Positions 47,193-56,149 of a DNA stretch of 64,000 nucleotides are shown here, piece by piece. The translations under genes and the position numbers were made by a program. This stretch comes from an uncultured bacterium (GTDB taxonomy: Bacteria > Gemmatimonadota > Gemmatimonadetes > Gemmatimonadales > Gemmatimonadaceae), in NCBI GenBank assembly GCA_963978095.1, contig CAXBQP010000008.1, positions 1 to 64,000 of the forward strand, given 5' to 3'. The number at the start of each line of letters is the position of its first letter. Position 1 is the stretch's first letter. The notes under the pieces were generated by a model. That model was not told the DNA's origin. It was given only the letters and a program-made list of their open reading frames with translations, and ran no database searches.

Positions 47193-48548
47193 ATGTTCGA
47201 CGAACTCTCAGAAAAACTCGACGCCACCTTCGCGAAACTGCGCGGTCGTGGCGCGCTCGGTGAAGCCGACGTCAAGGAAGGGCTGCGTGAAGTCCGCCGC
47301 GTCCTGCTCGAAGCCGACGTCAACTTCCAGCTCACCGGCGAGTTCCTCAAGCGGGTCGAGGCCAAGGCCGTCGGCGTCACCGCACTCAAGACGGTCTCGC
47401 CGGCCCAGCAGTTGGTCAAGATCGTCTACGATGAACTCACCGTCATGCTTGGCGAGCGGAAGGAGGGGCTCCGGCACTCCACGCTCCCGCCCACCGTCAT
47501 CCTCATGGTCGGGCTTCAGGGCTCGGGCAAGACGACGACCGCGGCCAAGCTCGCGCGCAAACTGAAGGGGGAGAGCCGACAGGTCAGTCTGATCGCGGGC
47601 GACGTGTACCGCCCCGCCGCCATCGATCAGCTCGAGACCCTTGGCCGCGACCTGGCGATCACGGTCCACGCCGACCGCACCACCACGGACGTCGTGAAGA
47701 TCGCCCGCGCCGGTCTCGAGCAGGCCCGCCGCGACCGCGATCGCGTCGTGATCGTCGATACCGCCGGCCGTCTGCAGATCGACGCCGACATGATGGACGA
47801 GTTGAAGCGGCTCAAGGACGCGATCAAGCCCGACGAGATCCTCTTCGTCGCCGACGGCATGACCGGCCAGGAAGCGGTCAGGATCGCGCAGGGCTTCAAC
47901 GACGCCCTCAGCATCACCGGCGTCATCCTGACCAAGCTCGACGGCGACGCCCGTGGCGGTGCCGCGTTGTCGATCTACGGCGTGCTCAAGAAGCCGATCA
48001 AGTACATCGGCGTGGGCGAGAAGAGCGACGCCCTCGAGGAGTTCCACCCCGACCGCATGGCCGGCCGCATTCTCCAGCAGGGCGACATTCTGTCGCTGGT
48101 GGAGAAGGCGCAGGAGTCCTTCGACGCGGATGCGGCCAAGAAGCTCGAGAAGAAGGTGCGCAAGGAAGGAATGGACCTGAACGACTTCCTGGCGGCCATG
48201 AAGCAGATCCAGAAGTTGGGCCCCCTCGAAGGCATCCTGAAAATGCTCCCCGGGGTCAACAGCAAGATGCTCAAGCAGGCCAATGTCGACCCCAAGCGGA
48301 TGAAGCACGTCGAGGCGATCGTGCTCTCGATGACCGCCGAGGAGCGGAAGAAGCCGGAGCTGCTGAACGGCTCGCGCCGGATCCGCGTGGCCAAGGGGTC
48401 GGGGCGGCCGATCCAGGAGGTGAACCGCCTGCTGGATCAGTTCCGCGACATGCAGAAAATGATGAAGAAGATGGGCGCGGGCGGGGGGATGCCCCGATTC
48501 CCGGGCGGCGGGGGCTTCCCGGGTGGATTTCCGGGCGGATTCCGCTAA
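47193..48548 (+). CDS. ffh: Signal recognition particle protein
   Basis: LLEADV, GLQGSGKTT, DTAGR, TKLDGDARGG, Met-rich M domain. Confidence 0.98.
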   Translation: MFDELSEKLDATFAKLRGRGALGEADVKEGLREVRRVLLEADVNFQLTGEFLKRVEAKAVGVTALKTVSPAQQLVKIVYDELTVMLGERKEGLRHSTLPPTVILMVGLQGSGKTTTAAKLARKLKGESRQVSLIAGDVYRPAAIDQLETLGRDLAITVHADRTTTDVVKIARAGLEQARRDRDRVVIVDTAGRLQIDADMMDELKRLKDAIKPDEILFVADGMTGQEAVRIAQGFNDALSITGVILTKLDGDARGGAALSIYGVLKKPIKYIGVGEKSDALEEFHPDRMAGRILQQGDILSLVEKAQESFDADAAKKLEKKVRKEGMDLNDFLAAMKQIQKLGPLEGILKMLPGVNSKMLKQANVDPKRMKHVEAIVLSMTAEERKKPELLNGSRRIRVAKGSGRPIQEVNRLLDQFRDMQKMMKKMGAGGGMPRFPGGGGFPGGFPGGFR

Positions 48549-48648
48549 GTTTCCAAGGCTAGGCAGGAAACGGGGTGCGATCCGGACACGCCGGAACCGC
48601 GAGGAGCCCCGTCAGCAGGACCCGTCACCCTCCGCACAGGATCTCGTC

Positions 48649-48957
48649 ATGGCCGTTGCCATCCGTCTCCGTCGCACCGGGCGCACCAAGGCGCCCACGT
48701 ATCGCATTGTCGTCGCCGACTCGCGCAGCCCGCGCGATGGCAAGTTCATCGAGATCCTCGGGCAGTACCAGCCCCGCAGCGGTGAGAAGGCGCTCAACCT
48801 GAACGCCGAGCGCGCCAACTACTGGATGGACAACGGCGCGCAGCCGTCGGACACCGTCCGCTCGCTCCTCCGCAAGGCGGGCGTGCTGAAGGCCCGTCAC
48901 GAGGCCCGTTTGGCGGCCAAGCTTTCTGCCGCCGCGGTGCCGGTCAAGGACGCGTAA
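48649..48957 (+). CDS. rpsP: 30S ribosomal protein S16
   Basis: IRLRRTG, YRIVVADSRSPRDG, GAQPSDTV. Confidence 0.98.
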   Translation: MAVAIRLRRTGRTKAPTYRIVVADSRSPRDGKFIEILGQYQPRSGEKALNLNAERANYWMDNGAQPSDTVRSLLRKAGVLKARHEARLAAKLSAAAVPVKDA

Positions 48958-48978
48958 GCGTCCGGCGCGGAGCGTTCG

Positions 48979-49524
48979 TTGACCGCTCCCGACCATGTGA
49001 TTGTCGGTCGGATCCGTCGTGCCCATGGGGTGCGCGGTGAGATGGCGGTCGAACTGATCACCGATGAGCCGGACGCGATCTTCGCGCCCGGCCTTCGTGT
49101 TTTTGCCGGGAGCGAACACGGGGTCCCCGCTCGTGATCCGGCGACCGGCGCCCATGTCACGCTGCACATCACGGGCGTTCGCCCCTTCCAGGACGGGGCC
49201 CTGGTCACCTTCGCGGAGATCACCGACCGCACCGTGGCGCAACGGTGGCATGGTCGGTATCTGGTGGTCCCGTTCGAGGAACTCCCGTTGCCGGAGGAGG
49301 GGGCGGTGTACCTCCACGAACTGGCCGGCATGACGGTCCTGGATGCCGAGGGACGCCCCGCGGGGACCATCCGCGGTTACTATCAGTTGCCGCAGGGGAT
49401 CGTGCTCGAGATCGATTCGCCGGGTGGGCCGCGCGACGTGCCGTTCAACGAGGCGTTCGTGCGCGATATCGATCGTGCAGCGCGCGCCATGGTCGTCCTG
49501 ATTCCCGACGAATCTCAAGACTGA
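48979..49524 (+). CDS. rimM: Ribosome maturation factor RimM
   Basis: VGRIRRAHGVRGE, YLHELAGMTV, DVPF; gene context. Confidence 0.9.
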   Translation: MTAPDHVIVGRIRRAHGVRGEMAVELITDEPDAIFAPGLRVFAGSEHGVPARDPATGAHVTLHITGVRPFQDGALVTFAEITDRTVAQRWHGRYLVVPFEELPLPEEGAVYLHELAGMTVLDAEGRPAGTIRGYYQLPQGIVLEIDSPGGPRDVPFNEAFVRDIDRAARAMVVLIPDESQD

Positions 49525-49532
49525 GTATCCCC

Positions 49533-50609
49533 ATGCACGTTGGCGTAGAAGCGAGTCGTCTGGCACGGGAGTCCCGCGGCATCGGGCGCTACGTGCGTGC
49601 GCTCTTGCCGGAGCTGGCGGCCGCGGACGCAGCCCTCCGCGTCACCTGCTTCGCCAAGGACCGGGACGATGCGGCGGCGCTCACTGCCGCCCTCGCCGCG
49701 TTGCCCTTTCTCGAGGGCCGATGCGCGGTCCAGCCGCTCTCGGCGCTCGGAAGCGTGCGGACCGACCTGACCTGGTTTCCCTGGAACGTGGTACGGCCGG
49801 AGGCGCCATCGGGCCCCGTGGTGGTGACGACGCACGACATCGTGCCAGTGGCACTCCCGGATCCACGCTGGCACGCGGTTCGCACGCGGTGGAAGTGGCG
49901 CCGGCTGTACCAGCGTACCGTCGCCCGTGCGACGCGCATCCTCGCCGACTCCGCCTTCACGCGTGATGAGCTCGTCCGCACGCTCGGCGCGGATCCCGCG
50001 CGCGTGGTGGTGGCGCTGCTGGGCGGGGACGACACGCCGACGCAGCCCGCGTACGACCGCCCGGCCGCACTGCGCCAGCGGGGGATCACACGGCCGTTCG
50101 TGCTCTGCGTCGGCGCGGACGAGCCGCGGAAGAACCTCGGCATGGCGCGCAGCGCGGTCGGGACGCTGCGCGCGCGCGGACTCGCCGTCCAACTGGTGTG
50201 CGTGGGGCCGCGCAAACGGGCGCTGATCGATGCCGACGGCGTGCTCGAGCTCGGATTCGTGAGCGAGCAGGAACTGGCGACGCTGTACGCGGAGGCCGCG
50301 GCGCTGGTGATGCCGTCCTCGTACGAGGGGTTCGGGCTTCCATTGCTCGAGGCGATGCATGCCGGCACTCCCGCCATCTGCGCGCGCGCGGCCTCGCTGC
50401 CGGAAGTCGGCGGCGACGCGGTGGTGTATGTCGGGGCGCACGACGGGCGCGCGCTGGCCTCGGCGATCGAGCGCTGTGCGACCGACGTGGCGTGGCGCGC
50501 CGAGTTGTCGGCGCGTGGGCGTGCGCGGGCCGCCCAGTTCCGGTGGGCCGAGACGGCGCGGATCACGCTCGCCACGTTCCGCGACGCGGTGGCGGACGGG
50601 CCCCGCTGA
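49533..50609 (+). CDS. Glycosyltransferase family 4 (GT-B)
   Basis: GIGRYV, THD, PRKN, YEGFGLPLLEAM, SLPEVGG. Confidence 0.9.
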   Translation: MHVGVEASRLARESRGIGRYVRALLPELAAADAALRVTCFAKDRDDAAALTAALAALPFLEGRCAVQPLSALGSVRTDLTWFPWNVVRPEAPSGPVVVTTHDIVPVALPDPRWHAVRTRWKWRRLYQRTVARATRILADSAFTRDELVRTLGADPARVVVALLGGDDTPTQPAYDRPAALRQRGITRPFVLCVGADEPRKNLGMARSAVGTLRARGLAVQLVCVGPRKRALIDADGVLELGFVSEQELATLYAEAAALVMPSSYEGFGLPLLEAMHAGTPAICARAASLPEVGGDAVVYVGAHDGRALASAIERCATDVAWRAELSARGRARAAQFRWAETARITLATFRDAVADGPR

Positions 50610-51709
50610 TGTCGATGCACGTGCTCGCGGTGGAGAGTTCCCGTTGGGCGCGGGACGTGCGGGGGATCGGCCGGTACGTCAGCATCCTGCTGCCGCTGCT
50701 CGCGGCGGCGCGTCCCGAGCTCCGGCTGATCCTGTTCGCGAGGACCGGTGCTGATGCCGAGGTCCTGCGCGGGCGCGTGAACGCCGAGCCCGCGTTGCGC
50801 GGCCGCGCGGAGGTGAAGCTCCTCCGGGAGTTGCCCACGACAACGGCCGACGTGTTCTGGTATCCGTGGAACGCAATCATCACCAAGGCCCGCGTCGGCG
50901 CGATGGTGGTGACCCTCCAGGATGTGGCCCCGCTCGCGATGCCGGACCCCCGATGGAGCCGCTGGTTCAAGAATGCGCGGGCCAAATGGCGGTATCGCGA
51001 GGTCGCCCGACTGGCCACGCATGTGATCGCGATTTCGGAGTTCAGTGCCCGAGAGGCGCATCGCCATCTGGGGATCCCGTACGATCGGATGACCGTCGTG
51101 CTCGACGGCGGGGACTTCGGTGCGCCGCCGGACGCGGCTGGCGACGCGGCCGCGCTCGAACGGCTTGGCGTGCGTGGGAAGTACCTGCTCACCGTGGGCG
51201 CCGCCGACCGTCGGAAGAACTTCCCGATGCTGCAACGGGCGATGCGAACCGTGCGGGAGACGCATCCCGATCTCTCGCTCGTGCTGGCCGGCCCACGGCG
51301 TCGGGGGAGTGCGCAGGACGCGTTGCAGTCGTGGGAGCAGGCGGTCGGATTCGTGTCCGACGATGATCTGTGGCGGTTGTACCGGAACGCCGAGCTGTTC
51401 GTGTTTTCGTCCCGCTATGAGGGGTTCGGACTCCCTGTGATCGAAGCGATGCGGGTGGGCGCGCCGGTGGTGAGCACGCGGGCGGCGTCCCTCCCTGAGG
51501 TCGGCGGCGAGGCCGCGATGTATGTGGAGCCGGACGACAGTCCGGCCATGGCGTCGGCGATCCTGGCCGTGCTCGCGGATCCCGCACGGCAACAGGCGAT
51601 GCGCGCGGCGTCGGTGGCGCACGCGGCGCGGTTCATGACGTGGGAGGAAACGGCGCGGCAGACGCTGGCCGTGTTCGACCGTGCCGCGGCGATGGCGCCG
51701 GCGCGCTAA
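50609..51709 (+). CDS. Glycosyltransferase family 4 (GT-B), paralog of the upstream gene
   Basis: GIGRYV, RRKN, YEGFGLPVIEAM, SLPEVGG; TGATG overlap. Confidence 0.9.
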   Translation: MSMHVLAVESSRWARDVRGIGRYVSILLPLLAAARPELRLILFARTGADAEVLRGRVNAEPALRGRAEVKLLRELPTTTADVFWYPWNAIITKARVGAMVVTLQDVAPLAMPDPRWSRWFKNARAKWRYREVARLATHVIAISEFSAREAHRHLGIPYDRMTVVLDGGDFGAPPDAAGDAAALERLGVRGKYLLTVGAADRRKNFPMLQRAMRTVRETHPDLSLVLAGPRRRGSAQDALQSWEQAVGFVSDDDLWRLYRNAELFVFSSRYEGFGLPVIEAMRVGAPVVSTRAASLPEVGGEAAMYVEPDDSPAMASAILAVLADPARQQAMRAASVAHAARFMTWEETARQTLAVFDRAAAMAPAR

Positions 51710-51737
51710 CTTCCGGGAACCCCCGCACCCCAGCGCC

Positions 51738-52415
51738 GTGCTCCGCATCAACGTCGTCAGCATCTTCCCGCAGTTCTTCGAGGGGCCCTTGTCGCTCTCG
51801 ATTCCCGCGCGCGCCGAAGCCGCCGGGGCGGTGCAGTATCATTTGGTGGACCTCCGCGACTTCACGCACGACAAGCATCGGAGCGTGGATGACACGCCGT
51901 ATGGCGGCGGCCCGGGGATGGTGATGAAGCCGCAGCCCTTCTTCGAGGCCGTGGAGGCGCTCGGGCCTGGGGCCGCTGCCGGGCCGATCATCCTGCTCTC
52001 TCCGCGGGGGAAGCCGTTCGGCCATGCGGACGCCGTGCGGTTGAGCGGCCTCGAGGAGTTCACCCTGTTGTGCGGACATTACAAGGACGTGGACCAGCGG
52101 GTGGCCGACTATCTGGCCACCGAGGAGCTGTCCCTCGGTGATTTCGTCATGTCCGGCGGTGAGCCGGCGGCGCTGGCGATCATCGACGCGACCGTCCGAC
52201 TCCTCCCGGGGGCGATGAGCGACTTGGAGAGCGCCCGCACCGATTCGTTCTACGATCGGGGACTATCGGCCCCGAGCTACACCCGCCCGCCGGAGTACCG
52301 GGGCTACGGGGTGCCGGATGTGCTGCTCTCGGGGAACCATGCCGAAATCGACCGGTGGCGTGAGGCCGAGGGGCGCCGATTGACCCGGGTTCGGGAATCG
52401 GGGACGGAGGACTAG
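51738..52415 (+). CDS. trmD: tRNA (guanine37-N1)-methyltransferase
   Basis: VDDTPYGGGPGMV, SLGDFVMSGGE, YTRP, LLSGNH. Confidence 0.97.
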   Translation: MLRINVVSIFPQFFEGPLSLSIPARAEAAGAVQYHLVDLRDFTHDKHRSVDDTPYGGGPGMVMKPQPFFEAVEALGPGAAAGPIILLSPRGKPFGHADAVRLSGLEEFTLLCGHYKDVDQRVADYLATEELSLGDFVMSGGEPAALAIIDATVRLLPGAMSDLESARTDSFYDRGLSAPSYTRPPEYRGYGVPDVLLSGNHAEIDRWREAEGRRLTRVRESGTED

Positions 52416-52498
52416 CGTACGTAGCTGGTCTTGCATAGCTTTGAAGGCTCAACCCAAGAACCCTGAACTGGGTCTTTTTCCCCGGCCCGGAGCTGTCT

Positions 52499-52879
52499 AT
52501 GCACGAGTTCATCGAGACCCAGAAAGAGTGGATGAAGGAGATCCCCGCCTTCCGTTCCGGCGACACGCTCCGCGTGAACGTCCGCGTGAAGGAAGGTGAC
52601 AAGGAGCGCATCCAGGCGTTCGAGGGCGTTTGCATCGCCCGTCGCGGCGCTGGCGTGTCGAGCACCTTCACGGTGCGCAAGATCTCGAACGGCGTGGGGG
52701 TGGAGCGCATCTTCCCGGACCACTCGCCGATGATCGAGAGCATCAACGTCGTGCGCCGTGGTCGCGTGCGTCGTGCCAAGCTCTTCTACCTCCGCAACGT
52801 GACGGGCAAGTCGGCGCGCATCAAGGAGCGGAAGGTTCGCGTGGCGGTCCCGGCGACCGGGACGGCCGCCGAGGCGTAA
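52499..52879 (+). CDS. rplS: 50S ribosomal protein L19
   Basis: [34 protein letters not shown]. Confidence 0.98.
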   Translation: MHEFIETQKEWMKEIPAFRSGDTLRVNVRVKEGDKERIQAFEGVCIARRGAGVSSTFTVRKISNGVGVERIFPDHSPMIESINVVRRGRVRRAKLFYLRNVTGKSARIKERKVRVAVPATGTAAEA

Positions 52880-52897
52880 GCCGGACGGGCCGCGCGA

Positions 52898-53524
52898 GTG
52901 GCCCGCTGGAGCGCGATCGAGCGGGACCTGCGCGCCACGGGCGTGCGGTACATCGCTGGAGTCGACGAAGTCGGACGGGGCCCGCTTGCGGGCCCCGTTG
53001 TCGCATGTGCGGTGATCATGCCCGCCGCGGCGCGTGCCATTGCGGGCGTCGCAGACTCCAAGCTGCTCGACCCCGCCGAACGGGAGCGGCTCGCCGGCCT
53101 GATCCTGGCGCGCGCGCAGGCGTTGGCGTTGGGGGCGGCGAGCGTCCGGGAGATCGGGGAGCGCAACATCTATCAGGCCACGGCGTTGGCCATGCGGCGG
53201 GCGCTGGCGCGTCTGTCGGTCGTTCCCGATGCGGTGCTCGTGGACGGCAAGCCGATCAGGACGCTGGGCGTGGAGCACACGGCGGTGGTGAAGGGCGACA
53301 ACAAGTGTTACGCCATCGCGTGCGCGAGCATCGTGGCCAAGGTGGTGCGCGACCGGCTGATGCAGCGGCTGGACGCCCGCTACCCGGTGTACGCGTGGCG
53401 GACGAACGCGGGGTACGGCACACCCGTGCACATCCAGGCGTTGACTACCCATGGACTGACGGCGCACCACCGGGTGTCGTTCTGTCGGTCCGTGTTGGAG
53501 CGGGAACTGGAGCTCGAGTTCTGA
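52898..53524 (+). CDS. rnhB: Ribonuclease HII
   Basis: GVDEVGRGPLAGPV, DSK, VDG, KGD, ASIVAKVVRD. Confidence 0.96.
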   Translation: MARWSAIERDLRATGVRYIAGVDEVGRGPLAGPVVACAVIMPAAARAIAGVADSKLLDPAERERLAGLILARAQALALGAASVREIGERNIYQATALAMRRALARLSVVPDAVLVDGKPIRTLGVEHTAVVKGDNKCYAIACASIVAKVVRDRLMQRLDARYPVYAWRTNAGYGTPVHIQALTTHGLTAHHRVSFCRSVLERELELEF

Positions 53525-53612
53525 CGTTTTTCCCCCGACGGGGTCCGACTATTTTACGGACACCAGCGGGGCGTTCCGGCCCATCGACGGACTTCAGCGA
53601 CGAGGAATCACG

Positions 53613-53798
53613 ATGTACATCATCAAGATGAACGAGATCGCACTGCCGGTGACGTATCCGACGCGCGAAGCCGCCGTGGAGGAGATCCACCGGATGTTCG
53701 GAGAGACGGAGTTCGAGACCGAGTCGGCGAACATCATCTTCTGGCCCAGTGTCTCGGCGCGCGGCAACACCAAGATCGAGATCGCGCGGGCGAGCTAG
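53613..53798 (+). CDS. Small hypothetical protein (61 aa)
   Basis: GAGGAA RBS, GC3-biased codons, protein-like composition, no competing gene. Confidence 0.6.
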   Translation: MYIIKMNEIALPVTYPTREAAVEEIHRMFGETEFETESANIIFWPSVSARGNTKIEIARAS

Positions 53799-55582
53799 GG
53801 CGGGAGCATCGGCGCGGGCTGCGACGGGCGCCGCGCGCCCGAGGGGATGGCATCGGGCAGTGCGTAGAGCGTGACGAACAGTCCGGCGCCGCCGACGGTG
53901 ATCCCGCGCTTCCACTCCGTGCTGCCGGGGGCGGCGATTCGCCGGAGTTCGGTGCGCGAGTAGGTCGATTCGGGGTGCGTCAGCACTGGGTGTTCGCGCA
54001 CGACCTGCATGGAGCGTTGCAGCGCCTGAAAATCGGTGGGGCGCATCGGGGCGGCCGTGTTCACGAAGAGGATCCGTCGCGGTTCGTCCGCCCCCTCCGC
54101 CGGCCGGAATTTTCCGTACTGCGGGAGATCCGAGCAGCCCTTGTGGAATCGCGGCCGTCGGAGCGAGGCCATGAGCTCCAGATCATCGGTGCAGGCAAAC
54201 GTCACGATGAGGTCGGCGTGGGTACTGTCTGCGAGGGCCACGATCTCCGGCTCGCGCAAGGGATTGGCGCGGTCCGCCATCACGGCGGGCATCGCGGACC
54301 GGTAGGTGGTCACCAGGAGCACCGCTGACGCCGCGCTCGCGACCGTGCCCACCCTCACGGAGCCGATCGCCGAGAGGGCGCGTGCGATGAACAGGGCGAG
54401 AAAGGGGAGCCAGATCAGCGCGTGACGGGTGGGGCTCAAGGTGAGCGCGCGGACCCCGATGAGCCCCACCCAGATGATGACCAACGTCCCGCTGAGCACC
54501 ACGACCGAGCGATCGACGACCGTGCGCGAGCGCCACATGCTGCGGATCCCGATGACGGCAAGGGCCGTGCTCAGGAGTCCGAGCCCTGTGGCGAGTGGAC
54601 TCGTGTCGGGGACGACGGCGGTCATGGCGGTGATGGTGGCGACGGTGTTGCTGACGAAGAACCGTGCGGCGTAGGCGGCCGTGGCGGCGAGGCCTGCTCC
54701 CGACGGGACCGTGAACAGATATTCGTGCCGTGGTCCGGCATTCCACGAGACGCCGGCGCCGGCCCACAGATACAGGAAATAGTGGTAGAGTGCCGCGCTG
54801 CTGAGCGCGAGCGGGAGCGCTGCCCAGAGCAGGGCGCGCGTCACGGTGGCCCGCGTCGCGCCCGTCCGCCGGCCCTGCCACCCACGCGCCACGGCATATG
54901 CCGGCACCATGAACAGGAGCTGGTACTGGCACCAGGTGAGGATGGCCAACACGCAGGCTTCGCCAAGGGCGCGACGCGGCGTCGCGGGGACATCCGCCGA
55001 GGCGACCAGCAGGAAGAGGAGTCCGGTCGCGGCGAGCGTGCCGAGGGCGTAGTTCTCCATTTGGGCGGCATGGAGCGACAACTCGATGCTGCACGCGCCG
55101 ATGGCGGCCATGAGCCACGCGAGCGCGGCGCGTCGCTCGCCGCCCAGTCGCCATCCGATGAGCGCAAGCAGAAGCGGGACGAGCGTCGCGAAGAGCAGGG
55201 CCGGGAGTCGTCCGCGCACGAGCAGTTGCTGATAGGTCAGCCCGCGATGGAGCAGGGCACCCGTCAGGAGGAACTGTGCCGGCGCATAGGTCCACTGATA
55301 CGGGACGGTGAGGGAGCTGCCGATCTTCGCGATCAGGGGGGCCGCGCCGACCGCGGTGGCGGTGCGAATGAGGAGGGCGAGGGGGCCGTGGCCGTTGTGG
55401 CGCGCCAGGGCGGCGGCGACCGCGTCCGGACCGGCGGCGTTCTGCGCCTCGAGCAGCGTGACGGCGACGCCGATATCGTCGACATGCGTGATCATCGTCG
55501 GGACGGCACGCGCTTTGGCGAGCGTCGTGGTGCCGACGATCAGGAGCACGCCAAGAATCGTGAGACCGACGCGTCGGGTCAT
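53795..55582 (-). CDS. Polytopic membrane protein, GT-C (ArnT/PMT-like) glycosyltransferase candidate
   Basis: N-terminal TM then HVDD acidic loop, about 11 TM segments, soluble C-terminal domain. Confidence 0.55.
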   Translation of the reverse strand: MTRRVGLTILGVLLIVGTTTLAKARAVPTMITHVDDIGVAVTLLEAQNAAGPDAVAAALARHNGHGPLALLIRTATAVGAAPLIAKIGSSLTVPYQWTYAPAQFLLTGALLHRGLTYQQLLVRGRLPALLFATLVPLLLALIGWRLGGERRAALAWLMAAIGACSIELSLHAAQMENYALGTLAATGLLFLLVASADVPATPRRALGEACVLAILTWCQYQLLFMVPAYAVARGWQGRRTGATRATVTRALLWAALPLALSSAALYHYFLYLWAGAGVSWNAGPRHEYLFTVPSGAGLAATAAYAARFFVSNTVATITAMTAVVPDTSPLATGLGLLSTALAVIGIRSMWRSRTVVDRSVVVLSGTLVIIWVGLIGVRALTLSPTRHALIWLPFLALFIARALSAIGSVRVGTVASAASAVLLVTTYRSAMPAVMADRANPLREPEIVALADSTHADLIVTFACTDDLELMASLRRPRFHKGCSDLPQYGKFRPAEGADEPRRILFVNTAAPMRPTDFQALQRSMQVVREHPVLTHPESTYSRTELRRIAAPGSTEWKRGITVGGAGLFVTLYALPDAIPSGARRPSQPAPMLPP

Positions 55583-55800
55583 GCGCCCAAGGGTGAAGCC
55601 ATGGTCAGGCGGAGGTGGCGCGGAGGGGAACGGCGGTGCAGCGCGTCGCTGGAGCGAAAGTTCGGAGGTGGGCGGCTGGCGTCAAGGGCGCGGATGCGGT
55701 GGTGTGGACGCTGGTGTCCCGCGTGCGCGATGCGTGCGCCTGAATCGCCGGATGTCGGGGTAGAGAAACCGCGACGGGTGCACCAAATTGCAGGCTGGGA

Positions 55801-55873
<73 letters not shown>

Positions 55874-55881
55874 TGGGAGTC

Positions 55882-55917
55882 GAGGGGCCTCCCGCGCGTG
55901 GGCGCGGGAGGCCCCTC
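55882..55917 (+). terminator. Strong hairpin after tRNA-Lys
   Basis: 16-bp stem GAGGGGCCTCCCGCGC-GTGG-GCGCGGGAGGCCCCTC; no clear U tract. Confidence 0.6.
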
Positions 55918-56108
55918 ATCAGTTCGCCCCGCGCGATTTTCGAGGAGCCGCCGGCATTGCGTCGACGATCGTGCGCCGTGCGATCAGCGACCGGAGCCGG
56001 AGTGCATGGTGCTGGCGTCGCGACCGGTCCCCGGCGGTGAGCAGGTCGACAGGGCCTCGGAGCATGAGGGAGCGCCCTCGTCGGGGGTATGCGCGGTGTA
56101 GTACCCTT

Positions 56109-56125
56109 TGTCATCTCCCTGACAT
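56109..56125 (+). promoter_or_regulatory. OmpR-family-type direct repeat upstream of the efflux operon
   Basis: TGTCAT-N5-TGACAT (11-bp period), 24 nt before the tolC-like ATG. Confidence 0.45.
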
Positions 56126-56149
56126 CCCCAACGGGAATTCTCACCAGAT

